Part shown: positions 50,182 to 60,311 of the stretch, one piece after another
How positions within the stretch are numbered: the first letter of the stretch is position 1
Layout: each line of letters begins with the position of its first letter
IMG/VR virus record: IMGVR_UViG_3300020442_002637
Length of the DNA: 64,000 nucleotides
Direction: 5' to 3' (one strand)
DNA from: an uncultured virus (IMG/VR IMGVR_UViG_3300020442_002637)
Taxonomy: Duplodnaviria > Heunggongvirae > Uroviricota > Caudoviricetes
Position numbers and translations under genes: made by a program
Notes under the pieces: model-generated
The model's database searches: none
Seen by the model: only the letters and a program-made list of their open reading frames with translations
What the model was told of the DNA's origin: nothing

Positions 50182-51361
50182 TAACAGTTTTTGTTACTTT
50201 CCGTTTTATCATCTTGCAGTAAAGGATTTTAAAGGTGATAAAGCAGAAGTGGTAGCTCCTTGTTGTAATATGATAGATTTTAAAAATCCTTTTGATTATT
50301 TTGATAACGACCAAAAAGATAGTTTTGAAGAATATTTCTATAGCAAGCCTATGGAAAAACTTAGAAAAGATTTGCTAGAAGGTAAAAAACCTAAATGTTG
50401 CAGTCATTGTTGGAAGTTAGAAAGCAAAAGTAAAAACAGTCAACGTCTGAACAGTGAATGTGATATGCCTGATGACTTTGTATTTGATTTAGAAAATCCA
50501 AAATTAGTTACTATTGACTTTGCTACAGGTAGAACATGTAATTTGTCTTGTAGAATGTGTTCTCCAGGAAGCAGTAATAAGTTAGATAGTGATTATTACA
50601 ATATGTCAGATCTTGACCGTGAATTGCTTGGTTGGGAAAATGTACGTATAGGTGATAGCAATCCTACATATAATCCAGCTTGGCAAAAGTTTTTAAAAGA
50701 TCAAAATGATGTATCAGTCATTAAAGTGATAGGTGGAGAACCGTTTGTTACTAAAGATTTTATAGATATGTTACATGCTATTATAAAAAATAATAGAGCA
50801 AAAGATACAGAACTTATTATAACTACAAATGCAACCAAGTTTAGCAATTACAATGTAGAACTTTTAAATCATTTCAAGCACATAAGACTTCTTATTAGTA
50901 TTGATGCTATAGAAAAGCAGTATGAGTATATAAGACATCCTATGCCTTGGAATAAATTAGATGCTAGTGTGCGTAATTTTAAAAATAAAATTAAAACAAG
51001 TAACGAAATAATTATAACTACACCAGTTATGGTTTTAAATGTATTAGGCTTAGATAGTTTAGCTGATTGGGCTTTGTCTATGGATATCTCATATATATTT
51101 TTAGATACCGTAAAGCCTGTAAGCAGAGGAATAGATATACAGCATCTTTCACGTTCTATACTTGACACAGCCTATACAAATATTAGTAAATATGATAATG
51201 TAACAGGTCCAGGTTTAGATTATATGAAATATATGAAAACTTCTGCAAGGCCTAACAAAAATAAAATATTAATGGAACTAGGTGTGTTTGACAAATTAAG
51301 AAATCAAAAATATCAAGATTTTTTGCCTAAGAAAATAGTAAGGTGGTTAGATGACAAATGA
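50165..51361 (+). CDS. Radical SAM protein with N-terminal twitch-like domain (subfamily B)
   Basis: CYFPF...PCC...CSHC; CNLSCRMC, GGEP, TTNAT; start moved to ATG 50165. Confidence 0.92.
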   Translation: MKPELSNSFCYFPFYHLAVKDFKGDKAEVVAPCCNMIDFKNPFDYFDNDQKDSFEEYFYSKPMEKLRKDLLEGKKPKCCSHCWKLESKSKNSQRLNSECDMPDDFVFDLENPKLVTIDFATGRTCNLSCRMCSPGSSNKLDSDYYNMSDLDRELLGWENVRIGDSNPTYNPAWQKFLKDQNDVSVIKVIGGEPFVTKDFIDMLHAIIKNNRAKDTELIITTNATKFSNYNVELLNHFKHIRLLISIDAIEKQYEYIRHPMPWNKLDASVRNFKNKIKTSNEIIITTPVMVLNVLGLDSLADWALSMDISYIFLDTVKPVSRGIDIQHLSRSILDTAYTNISKYDNVTGPGLDYMKYMKTSARPNKNKILMELGVFDKLRNQKYQDFLPKKIVRWLDDK

Positions 51362-52730
51362 AGCGTGGTGTCCTTTACCTTGGTTAAGTGTAAACGTAAG
51401 AAACAACGGTGACCTAAGAGTATGTTGTAATGCTAATGTTGGACTTGATCAAGGGCTTGTAAAAAAAGAAGATGGAACTATATACAATTTAGGCACAGAT
51501 GGGATAAATGATTTTCGTAATGGTAAAATTATGAAAGAAATCCGTACTTCAATGCTCAAAGGAGAATTTCATCCTAGTTGCATAAGATGTAAGCGAGAGC
51601 ATGAAGCTGGCATGGATAGCAGAGCATCTTGGGAACGTAGCATTTGGAAAAAACATCTTACAGAGGAATCTGCTCGTGATATTACACAAGAAGATGGAAC
51701 TATTGATACTGCTAAGGTACCTATTACATATACAGACTTAAGGTTTGGAAATTTATGTAATCTTAAATGTAGAATGTGTGGACCTACAGATAGTAATCAG
51801 TGGTATGATGATCAAGCTAAAGTATGGAATGTAACTAGTTACAAAGATGCAGAGAAAGTTATTCCATTAGTAAAAAATTCAAAAGGTAAATTTACAGCTG
51901 ATACAAATATATATGATTGGTATAATAATCCAAGATTTTGGAAAGATTTAGAAGATGCAATTCCTACATTAGAAAGATTATATATAGTTGGCGGCGAGCC
52001 GTTAATGATTGATCAGCACTATGAATTTTTACGTAAATGTATAAATGCAGATAGAGCAAAAAATATAGTCGTAGAATACAATAGCAATATTACCAATATT
52101 CCGCAAAGGGCATGGGATATATGGAAAAATTTTAGACGCATTCAAGTAGGTATGAGTGTAGATGCAGTAGGACCTATTAATGATTATATCAGACACCCAA
52201 GTAAGTGGTGGAAAATATCTGAAAATATGCACAAATTAGATAAAGCAGAAGGCGAATATAAAATTTGGTGGGCGGCAACAATACAAGCCTATAATATGTA
52301 TAATTTACCTACAATGATGCGTTGGAAGATAGCACAAAACTTTAATCGTGTAAATAAAAAAGTAGATTGGAAACCAGTAATAAGTCCGCATCCTCTGCAC
52401 AATCCTGATTTTTTAAATGTTAAAATATTTCCAGCTGACAGCAAAAAATGGATTGCAAATTATTTTGAAGAACAAAAAGTAGAAGCTAAGGAAGAAATTT
52501 TTGCATATGATTTTTTAAATGAGGAAGAAAAGAAAACTAATTACAAATATTTTTGTAAAATACTTGATCAATATGTAAAGTATATGAACGCAGACGATTA
52601 TTCACATAGATTAGAAAAATTTTGGCATTACACTAATAGCTTGGATAAATTACGTAAAGAAAGTTTAAAAGATGTTTGTCCTATAACCTTTGATTTATTA
52701 AAAGGTAATGAATATGGTCACGTGGGGTAA
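51351..52730 (+). CDS. Radical SAM protein with N-terminal twitch-like domain (subfamily B)
   Basis: CPLPW...VCC...CIRC; CNLKCRMC, GGEP, YNSN, YIRHP. Confidence 0.92.
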   Translation: MTNEAWCPLPWLSVNVRNNGDLRVCCNANVGLDQGLVKKEDGTIYNLGTDGINDFRNGKIMKEIRTSMLKGEFHPSCIRCKREHEAGMDSRASWERSIWKKHLTEESARDITQEDGTIDTAKVPITYTDLRFGNLCNLKCRMCGPTDSNQWYDDQAKVWNVTSYKDAEKVIPLVKNSKGKFTADTNIYDWYNNPRFWKDLEDAIPTLERLYIVGGEPLMIDQHYEFLRKCINADRAKNIVVEYNSNITNIPQRAWDIWKNFRRIQVGMSVDAVGPINDYIRHPSKWWKISENMHKLDKAEGEYKIWWAATIQAYNMYNLPTMMRWKIAQNFNRVNKKVDWKPVISPHPLHNPDFLNVKIFPADSKKWIANYFEEQKVEAKEEIFAYDFLNEEEKKTNYKYFCKILDQYVKYMNADDYSHRLEKFWHYTNSLDKLRKESLKDVCPITFDLLKGNEYGHVG

Positions 52731-53907
52731 CATAGCTTGTAAAGCACCCTGGAGTATGATTACTATCGGTCCAGGAGGCGAACTAAAATTATGTTGCTCA
52801 ACACATGAACATGCTTCTCATATATCTAAGCATGATAGCTTATTTGATTGGTTCAATGGTGAATATTATAATCAAGTAAGAACTGAATTTACAAATAAAA
52901 TTTGGCCAACAGCGTGTAAAATTTGTAAGCAGTCTATAGAACAAAATCATACACCTAGTAGAGATTTTCCATACTTTGCAAACTTACCCATAAAAAATAA
53001 TGTTTCTGCTGAAATAAAAACACCATTAGCTTTAGAATTTACTCCTAGCAATCTTTGTAACCAAACTTGTGTCATGTGTGGAAGTAATTTCAGTAGTAAA
53101 TGGTTTGCACACGATAAACGTGCAGTAGCAGAAGGTCTTTATTGGAGAGGCAATCAACCTGGACTTGTTAACATTGTAGACAAACCGTATCAAATGTCAG
53201 AAACTGACTTTCAAAAAATACTAGATATACTCCCGTCCTTAGAAACTATTACTTTAAAGGGTGGTGAACCTTTTGTAGAACCACGTAATATACAAATACT
53301 AGAATTTTTAGCAAATTCAAATCATAAATTAAAACATATTGATATCACAAGCAATGTACATAGTGTTACTGATTATCATTGGACATTGTTAAAAAAGATA
53401 AAAGCAAAAGGCACCTATATTAATATAGGAGCAAGTCTAGATGGTACAGGTAAAACTTATGAATGGATAAGAAGTACGCCTTTTGAAAATACTTTTGAAA
53501 ATATGAAAAAAGGTAAAAGTGTACTTGGCAAAGACACATTTTTTATTTCTATGACTGTAAGTTTGTACAACTTTTTTACTATTTGTGAAGATGTAAAGTT
53601 TTGGTATGACAAAGATCTTGTTGATACTGTAGGTTTTAATTATGTTTACGGACCATACTATGCATCTCCTAGTTTGTTTAGACAAAAAACTATAGATAAA
53701 GTATTAGCAAAGTGTAAAAAAGAATTAGCGGAATTCAAGACAACTAGAATACAACAGCTTTATAGAACAAAACACAATCCAGAATATCTTGTAGATTTAA
53801 AAAATGTTAAACCTTGGATTGATTTTGTTTCCGAAATGCGTGGCTTCAACATACTTGATTATCAACCGTCACTTAAACGTTGGGTATCAAAGATATCTGC
53901 AAACTGA
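52708..53907 (+). CDS. Radical SAM protein with N-terminal twitch-like domain (subfamily B)
   Basis: CKAPW...LCC...CKIC; CNQTCVMC, GGEP, ASLDG. Confidence 0.92.
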   Translation: MNMVTWGNIACKAPWSMITIGPGGELKLCCSTHEHASHISKHDSLFDWFNGEYYNQVRTEFTNKIWPTACKICKQSIEQNHTPSRDFPYFANLPIKNNVSAEIKTPLALEFTPSNLCNQTCVMCGSNFSSKWFAHDKRAVAEGLYWRGNQPGLVNIVDKPYQMSETDFQKILDILPSLETITLKGGEPFVEPRNIQILEFLANSNHKLKHIDITSNVHSVTDYHWTLLKKIKAKGTYINIGASLDGTGKTYEWIRSTPFENTFENMKKGKSVLGKDTFFISMTVSLYNFFTICEDVKFWYDKDLVDTVGFNYVYGPYYASPSLFRQKTIDKVLAKCKKELAEFKTTRIQQLYRTKHNPEYLVDLKNVKPWIDFVSEMRGFNILDYQPSLKRWVSKISAN

Positions 53908-55055
53908 GGATAACTTTCAAAAAAGTTTTGTCCTCTATATTTGTCAGTACCTTCTAAATATTTTTGCAAACTAGGAAGTAAATGGCTATCGTCTTTACTG
54001 TTCATAAAATTTTTAATGTACTCTAAGCCATCATTAATTTTTTTAACATTACAAGTTGATTGATAATCTTCAAACTTTTTGGTTATTCTTTCTTTTATGT
54101 GTTGCGGTAATGCAGTAACACATAAATTTTCTGGATATGTAAGATGAGTTGGATTCATACCTTTCCATGGTCCTGGATCGTTATCATACCACCATTGCAT
54201 ACTTTCTGGCATATGCCATACATTTAAAATACTAATTGTACTCCGTAGAAACACTGTAAATTTTTTTGTTGCTTTTAGTTCTAGAAAACGTTTTGTTACT
54301 GCTTCAGTAGTTTCGTACTTAGCAGGCCATCTAATATACTCAGACTCTGCAGGATTTGCACTATCGAAACTTAAAGCAAATTCTACTTGTTTAAATTTAC
54401 TCCATTTTTCTATCCATTTTTCTTTAGGCATAATTGTGCAATTGGTGCTGTAATTTAAAAATATTTCACTACAATCTCTCTCAGCTAAAAGTTTGTCTAC
54501 AAGCAACCATTGATCCTTTGTCATTAATGGCTCGCCACCTGTAAATTTTATATGCACTAGATCATTTATAAAAGGATAAATGTTTGATATATCGCTTTTA
54601 CTTTTTTCTACACTATTCCAAGTTTTACCAAATATTTTCTGTTCTTCTTTGTACCACTTCCAAGAATATCTACTGTCACACATTCTACAAGCTAGATTAC
54701 AATCGTTGCTTATAGCAAGTTCTATCCATCCTATCTTAGGATTATCTATATCAACTAGTTTGTCTATAGGTAAATCAGTATTATCGTGATAACGCTCACG
54801 CAGGCTTCGTTTACCGGCATCTTCTTCTTGATAGCAACGTATACAACCGTCTACTCGTTCTCCGTTCATCATTTTAGTGCGAACCTCATTCATCCAGTCG
54901 CCGTAAAACACTTCACTCAAAGTTTTTTCATTTAGATTATTTTCATTTGGTCGAAATTTTTCTGCGAATCTGCAACAAGGTTTGACACGACCAGTAGGAT
55001 CAATAAATTGGTGATCCCAAGCCATACTGCAAAATGTTTTACTAGGTATTTTCAT
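53862..55055 (-). CDS. Radical SAM protein with N-terminal twitch-like domain (subfamily B)
   Basis: CSMAW...PCC...CIRC; CNLACRMC, TGGEP, YSTN, YIRWP. Confidence 0.92.
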   Translation of the reverse strand: MKIPSKTFCSMAWDHQFIDPTGRVKPCCRFAEKFRPNENNLNEKTLSEVFYGDWMNEVRTKMMNGERVDGCIRCYQEEDAGKRSLRERYHDNTDLPIDKLVDIDNPKIGWIELAISNDCNLACRMCDSRYSWKWYKEEQKIFGKTWNSVEKSKSDISNIYPFINDLVHIKFTGGEPLMTKDQWLLVDKLLAERDCSEIFLNYSTNCTIMPKEKWIEKWSKFKQVEFALSFDSANPAESEYIRWPAKYETTEAVTKRFLELKATKKFTVFLRSTISILNVWHMPESMQWWYDNDPGPWKGMNPTHLTYPENLCVTALPQHIKERITKKFEDYQSTCNVKKINDGLEYIKNFMNSKDDSHLLPSLQKYLEGTDKYRGQNFFESYPQFADIFDTQRLSDG

Positions 55056-55615
55056 TAAACATATCCTAAGGCATTGAGGCTTAATTTAAATTTATTTGTG
55101 TTTTTACTTGGTGTAGCTCTATGAATTACATCTGAACTGAAAGTTATCATTTTATTTTCTTGCCATTTATACGTAATAAAATTATTTGTATGTTTTAGTA
55201 TATCTTCTTCGATAAATTTTTTTGTTTCTACATCCTGAAACTTGCCGCCACCCATTATAACAATTTTTCTATTGTATGTAAATTCGGTAAATTGTGTGCC
55301 TGCATCTTCATACCATTCCAAAGGCACTATAAAACCTTTTTCACATTGTAATTTATAATCTGAGTCGTAATTGTAATCATTATGCCAACCTACTGGATCA
55401 TAAAACTTACCTACTTCTATATGCCAACTGTATTTTTCAAATTCAGGATACGTTTCACAAATATTGTCTACAATTTGTTTTTGAAAATTTTTAGGAAGTG
55501 TAAAAAATGTATTTCTCTTTCTAATTTTTTTTGGTAATTTTTCATATGCTAAACAATAATCTCGTAGATCATCATTAAGAGTAAAATCAATTATACTGTG
55601 TTTTAATTCAAGCAA
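55055..55615 (-). CDS. 2OG-Fe(II) oxygenase-like protein
   Basis: GWHND (HxD) ... VIHRA distal His, KLSLN; TTG start uncertain. Confidence 0.6.
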   Translation of the reverse strand: MLELKHSIIDFTLNDDLRDYCLAYEKLPKKIRKRNTFFTLPKNFQKQIVDNICETYPEFEKYSWHIEVGKFYDPVGWHNDYNYDSDYKLQCEKGFIVPLEWYEDAGTQFTEFTYNRKIVIMGGGKFQDVETKKFIEEDILKHTNNFITYKWQENKMITFSSDVIHRATPSKNTNKFKLSLNALGYV

Positions 55616-56238
55616 AACATTATACCTTTTTTTCTAGATTGACTGCAAGTAGCACTATGTAAATACTTTGTATGAAACATAAAAATATCGCCAATATTCC
55701 ATTTATAGCTATGTTTTATACTAAAACCCATATAATGTTCTCTATACCATAACCATTTATCTTGCCAGTATTTTTTTCCATCTTCTTCTGATATTTTATA
55801 ACCTGGAGACCAACCTTCTATTGTTGTTCTATCTCTCACACCTTTATTAAAGTATGGTTTATAATCTGCTGGTGCATCCTTTGAAAGAAGTTCTATATTT
55901 GTATCTGAAGTTTGATCATATATGAGTGTATAAGCATCACCGTCTATAAATTCTAAAGGTATTATCCCTTGCATAGTATATTTCACAGTATCTGAATGCA
56001 TACCGTATGGGCTTGTAATATCATAAAAATTTACAGTGTGTATTTCTTTATCAGGATACCAAGGACGTATCTTGTCTATAATTCGTGTTTCTACTTGTTC
56101 TTCTAGTTCTCCTCTTGGAATATATAATTTATTCTTGCCTGCTCTAGCCTGCGGGTCTTCAATACTATCCATAGCATTTTTAAACCATGATATATCTTGT
56201 TCTGACAGTATTGTATCTATAGTGTGTATATCATCCAT
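55603..56238 (-). CDS. 2OG-Fe(II) oxygenase-like protein
   Basis: GMHSD (HxD) ... WNIGDIFMF...LHSA; start moved to ATG 56238. Confidence 0.6.
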   Translation of the reverse strand: MDDIHTIDTILSEQDISWFKNAMDSIEDPQARAGKNKLYIPRGELEEQVETRIIDKIRPWYPDKEIHTVNFYDITSPYGMHSDTVKYTMQGIIPLEFIDGDAYTLIYDQTSDTNIELLSKDAPADYKPYFNKGVRDRTTIEGWSPGYKISEEDGKKYWQDKWLWYREHYMGFSIKHSYKWNIGDIFMFHTKYLHSATCSQSRKKGIMFCLN

Positions 56239-56995
56239 TAAATAACTCCGGTTTGTATTCTTGAAATCCATAAGCACGTTCTCTACACCACCAACATTCT
56301 TCTCCTTTTGGTTTGAAATCGAAACATGTAAGTGTGTGATTTTTACTTTCTTCTGTTTCTGCTTCACATGATCTTGTTACAGGAAACAGTGTGTCTAGTA
56401 AGCCAAACTTTTTATAAAGTTTTCCAACTATTTTTTTATCACTAAACAAAAGTGGAAACTGTGTAGTTTTTTGCTCTAGTTTTTTTAACACTTGTACTCG
56501 ATCATCTCTTTCTACTTGTCTTACAAAATTTGTATCTGGTACGTCTTCAATAGGAGGATTTGCTGTTAATCCATTTCCGATAAACCACAAATTATATCTG
56601 CTACGGTATTCGTCTATGTTTAATGAAAATAACCTCTTTTTATCTTCGTCAGTAACATGCTCTAAATGATTAGGAGTAGGAAAAATTAAATGTTGTCCAA
56701 ACCGCATGTCTAACAATTTTTCTATTGTTCTTAGAACATTGTATGCTCCTCTAATATTGCAAGGTCTTGCCATGAATTCAGTAGTAATAGGATATATTTT
56801 TGTTCCTGTATTGTATTTTTTTACAGTCTTTGCAAACAGATAAGCTACTAAAGCACTGTCAGCACCACCGCTAACCATTACTCCTATATCTCTTTTATGT
56901 TTAGGTACAGCTATTTCAATAAAATTATCATCTATCGTAATTTTATCTATGTAGCATTTGTCTTGTAAATAATTTGTAACTGTACTTGGATTCAT
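56231..56995 (-). CDS. QueC-like PP-loop ATP pyrophosphatase
   Basis: VSGGADS; TANPP; TRSCE...C...ECWWCRER. Confidence 0.75.
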   Translation of the reverse strand: MNPSTVTNYLQDKCYIDKITIDDNFIEIAVPKHKRDIGVMVSGGADSALVAYLFAKTVKKYNTGTKIYPITTEFMARPCNIRGAYNVLRTIEKLLDMRFGQHLIFPTPNHLEHVTDEDKKRLFSLNIDEYRSRYNLWFIGNGLTANPPIEDVPDTNFVRQVERDDRVQVLKKLEQKTTQFPLLFSDKKIVGKLYKKFGLLDTLFPVTRSCEAETEESKNHTLTCFDFKPKGEECWWCRERAYGFQEYKPELFNG

Positions 56996-58506
56996 TATAC
57001 ACTTGGCCCCATGGCCCCTCCTTCATTGTAATGATCATATATATGAGATACTTTTTGTTTTTGATTTGTTATCTTTTCTAATTCTGCAAGTAAATGATCT
57101 GTTGCTTTTTCTACAACAGGATACTCAAGCTCTAAACATTTTTCTTTAAGACGTAACCATCTACGAATACGTACTTCCCTAGTGTTATCTTTGTAAACCC
57201 AATGTTTGTTTTCGTCCCAAGTTATGCCCATTTTTTCTTGGTTCCAAGCTAATGGGGATCCAGGTACAATATCTAGAGTAGGTCCTAAAGCAACACTCCT
57301 TACAAGTCCTTTTTTGTTTATCCAATTGTATTTTTCTAACATATCTAAAGTTTTTTGAAATTCTTCTTCAGTTTCGGTAGGATAGCCGACTAATAACAAC
57401 CAAGCCATTTCTATATTGTGTTTAGCACACATTCTAAAGGTAAAGTCCATAGCTTCGTCATCGAACATTTTCTTCATGTCGTTTCTTACAACTTCACTAC
57501 CGCTTTCTACACCTATGCTTACAAACCGTAGTCCTGCTTTATCCATAAGCTCATATACTTCTTCAGCCATTTGATGTTCTGGTCTAGCTATAAATTGTCC
57601 TTGCCATCTTACTGGCTTCATCATTCCTTTATCTCTGTAATCAATAAGTGTTGTACATATATCTTTTAATTGTTTTACACTACCATTAAGTAAACTATCT
57701 GTAAATAAAAACCTTCTACTGCCATATGCCTGGTTTTGAACTTGCATTTCTTCTGCTATACTTGCACCACTTCTAAATCTAAATTTTGGCCATATACTTT
57801 GAATATCACAAAAACTACATTTTCTTACACATCCTCTTGATCCAGTAATATATACAAAATCAGTACCCATTTTAGTGTCATCTTTTATTCTAGGATCACT
57901 CCATGTTGTAGGATACTTGTCCATATGAAAGTCGCTGTAATCTGGAATTGGTATTGTATCTAAATTGTTTATCTGAACTGGTGCATTACCGTTTACACCT
58001 GGCACATCAAATTTATTTTCTAATATGTTTAATATGGCTTCTTCGCCTTCGCCAACAACATAACAGTCAACTAATCCTTTATCGTATAATAATTTTCCTG
58101 TGTATTCTGCAAATGGACCTCCAGCCACTAGTTTTACATCCGGAAAATTTTCCTTAAGTATTTTGCATAACTTTATGCTTATCCATTTGCTTCTTTGGCT
58201 AAAGATTGTCATACCTATCCATTTAGGATTTTTTGTCTTTATATGATCAATCCATCTAAGGCTGTGTTCATGAATTACTTCATTCCAAAATTCTTCAAAT
58301 TTATCTTCATATCTAAATGTCAAATCAGTGTCAAACCAAACTGCACCGTGTTTTTTTGTATCAACATTTAACCATAAGTCAAGGTTCAAGTCATAACAAT
58401 AGGCTTTATAACCTTTATTTTCTACTGTGGCTTTCAGTATTGCTGGGGCTGTAATAGGAGCTCTTAGCTCAAGCCTTGGCAAAGTTAAAAATATTATGTC
58501 AATCAT
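56995..58506 (-). CDS. Cobalamin-binding (class B-like) radical SAM protein
   Basis: N-terminal B12-binding-type region (VAGGP, VVGEGE), GSRGCVRKCSFC, GVESGS, VGYPTET. Confidence 0.9.
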   Translation of the reverse strand: MIDIIFLTLPRLELRAPITAPAILKATVENKGYKAYCYDLNLDLWLNVDTKKHGAVWFDTDLTFRYEDKFEEFWNEVIHEHSLRWIDHIKTKNPKWIGMTIFSQRSKWISIKLCKILKENFPDVKLVAGGPFAEYTGKLLYDKGLVDCYVVGEGEEAILNILENKFDVPGVNGNAPVQINNLDTIPIPDYSDFHMDKYPTTWSDPRIKDDTKMGTDFVYITGSRGCVRKCSFCDIQSIWPKFRFRSGASIAEEMQVQNQAYGSRRFLFTDSLLNGSVKQLKDICTTLIDYRDKGMMKPVRWQGQFIARPEHQMAEEVYELMDKAGLRFVSIGVESGSEVVRNDMKKMFDDEAMDFTFRMCAKHNIEMAWLLLVGYPTETEEEFQKTLDMLEKYNWINKKGLVRSVALGPTLDIVPGSPLAWNQEKMGITWDENKHWVYKDNTREVRIRRWLRLKEKCLELEYPVVEKATDHLLAELEKITNQKQKVSHIYDHYNEGGAMGPSV

Positions 58507-59188
58507 TTACCTGTTCTAACGCCCATTCCCTTTCATTACACCACCAACACTGACCGCAAGTTGATGTAAAATTATCTGTGAGGTCCTCAGAACCTTCACA
58601 TGATCTTGTCAATGGAAGCAATGTATTTAATAGATTATTTTTTTTGTACATATCTATGACAAATCTTTTATCTACCATTGCAAAGGGGATAGTTTCAACT
58701 GTATCTTTGTAGATGCTTTTTCGTGTGGGAGTATCTCTATCTTTTTGTCTAACTTGATCTTTAAATGTTTTCATCACTTCAAAAGAAGGATTTTTAGTTT
58801 TACCACTAAAGAAGTGATCTAACAAATTATTTTCTAACATAAATCTAGTATAATATCCAAATACTTTTGCTTTACGATCATCTCCTTGTTCGATCTCATC
58901 CATTGCAATAGTAAATTTATATATCTGACCAAAGTTTTTATATCCTGTGGATTTTTTAATTTCTTCTACTATTTTTTTTACTTTTTCTTGACTCCAAGGA
59001 CGTACTTGCCAATTACAACTAAAAGGGTGTAGAATAATGTCACTGTCAATTTCTTTTAAATGTTTTGCTACAAGATAGCATAATATAGCACTATCCGCAC
59101 CACCACTCATGCTTATTCCTAGTTTTTTTATATTTCTTGGAATTTTGATGTGAGCGGATTGGCCAAAACTGTCAGTAAGTAATATCAT
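58499..59188 (-). CDS. QueC-like PP-loop ATP pyrophosphatase
   Basis: MSGGADS; TKNP; TRSCE...CGQCWWCNER. Confidence 0.75.
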   Translation of the reverse strand: MILLTDSFGQSAHIKIPRNIKKLGISMSGGADSAILCYLVAKHLKEIDSDIILHPFSCNWQVRPWSQEKVKKIVEEIKKSTGYKNFGQIYKFTIAMDEIEQGDDRKAKVFGYYTRFMLENNLLDHFFSGKTKNPSFEVMKTFKDQVRQKDRDTPTRKSIYKDTVETIPFAMVDKRFVIDMYKKNNLLNTLLPLTRSCEGSEDLTDNFTSTCGQCWWCNEREWALEQVND

Positions 59189-59202
59189 GAGTTCTCCATA
59201 TA

Positions 59203-59210
59203 GTTAAATA
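59203..59210 (+). promoter_or_regulatory. Late promoter motif GTTAAATA (rightward)
   Basis: Upstream of an AGGA RBS and ATG 59238. Confidence 0.6.
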
Positions 59211-59215
59211 CTTTA

Positions 59216-59223
59216 TATTTATA
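59216..59223 (-). promoter_or_regulatory. Perfect T4-type late promoter TATAAATA (leftward)
   Basis: Plus strand reads TATTTATA; upstream of a GGAG RBS and ATG 59188. Confidence 0.75.
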
Positions 59224-59237
59224 GGACCTGACCAAAT

Positions 59238-60311
59238 ATGTATATGAGACCTGAAACAATAGAAGAATTGCATGTGGAAGTTACAAATAAATGTAACGCC
59301 GCATGTCCTATGTGTGATAGAAATATACACGGAGGCGTTGATCGCCCTGGGCGGGGACTGAGTGAATGGTCGTTAGAAGATATAAAAAAAGTCTTTACAG
59401 GATTACCTAATCTTAAATTTGTGTATTTCTGTGGTACACATGGAGAGCCTTTAGCCTCAAAAAACATATTTGAAGCAATTAAAGCCGCTAAAGATACTGG
59501 CGCAAGAATGGAAATGTTTACCAATGGAAGTTTAAAAAATAAAACATGGTGGGAAAAATTAGTTTCAATATTAGATAAAAATGACAGAATAACGTTTGGT
59601 GTTGATGGCATAGAAACAAATCATTTATATAGGCAAAATACGGATATTAATAAAATTTTAGAAAATATGAAAATTTGTTGCGGTGCAGATGTAAAAGTAA
59701 GATGGGATTATCTTGTTTTTAAACATAACGAACATGAAATGGAAAAATGTAAAAAAATTGCAAAAGAAATGGGCGTAAATAATTTTCGTTTTCGCAGAAC
59801 CGCAAGATTTGACAGGCATATAAAGTATCCTGTATTTGATAAAAATTTTAATGTAACACACTATTTAGAACCACCAGAAGCAGAAGAATACAGACATCCT
59901 AGTATACAAGAAATGGAAATGATTTTAGAAGATTTAAAAATGAAAGGTCAAAGACGTTTTAACATGACGGATTTTGAATACGAAGATAGGCCACTACCTA
60001 AAGATTGGAAAATTAATTGTTTGTATCAAGAAGCAAAAAAAATATATGTAAACAATAGAATGGAAGTTTTTCCTTGTTGTTATATTAGTGATGACAACGA
60101 AACTTTTAAGATGCTTACAAATGCTGAACTCAAATATCCTAGAGGTGAACTTACTTTAAGAGATAAAACATGGACAGAAATTTTAGACCATAAGTACTTC
60201 TCTAAACAACTTGTAGAAAGTTGGAAGAAAACTAACGTACCACCTAGATGTATACGAGTATGTGGAGCAATAAAACGAGAACAAGAACAAAATGTTAAAG
60301 TTGAACTTTGA
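59238..60311 (+). CDS. Radical SAM protein (subfamily A)
   Basis: CNAACPMC, CGTHGEP, FTNGS, FGVDG, PCC, CIRVC. Confidence 0.92.
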   Translation: MYMRPETIEELHVEVTNKCNAACPMCDRNIHGGVDRPGRGLSEWSLEDIKKVFTGLPNLKFVYFCGTHGEPLASKNIFEAIKAAKDTGARMEMFTNGSLKNKTWWEKLVSILDKNDRITFGVDGIETNHLYRQNTDINKILENMKICCGADVKVRWDYLVFKHNEHEMEKCKKIAKEMGVNNFRFRRTARFDRHIKYPVFDKNFNVTHYLEPPEAEEYRHPSIQEMEMILEDLKMKGQRRFNMTDFEYEDRPLPKDWKINCLYQEAKKIYVNNRMEVFPCCYISDDNETFKMLTNAELKYPRGELTLRDKTWTEILDHKYFSKQLVESWKKTNVPPRCIRVCGAIKREQEQNVKVEL

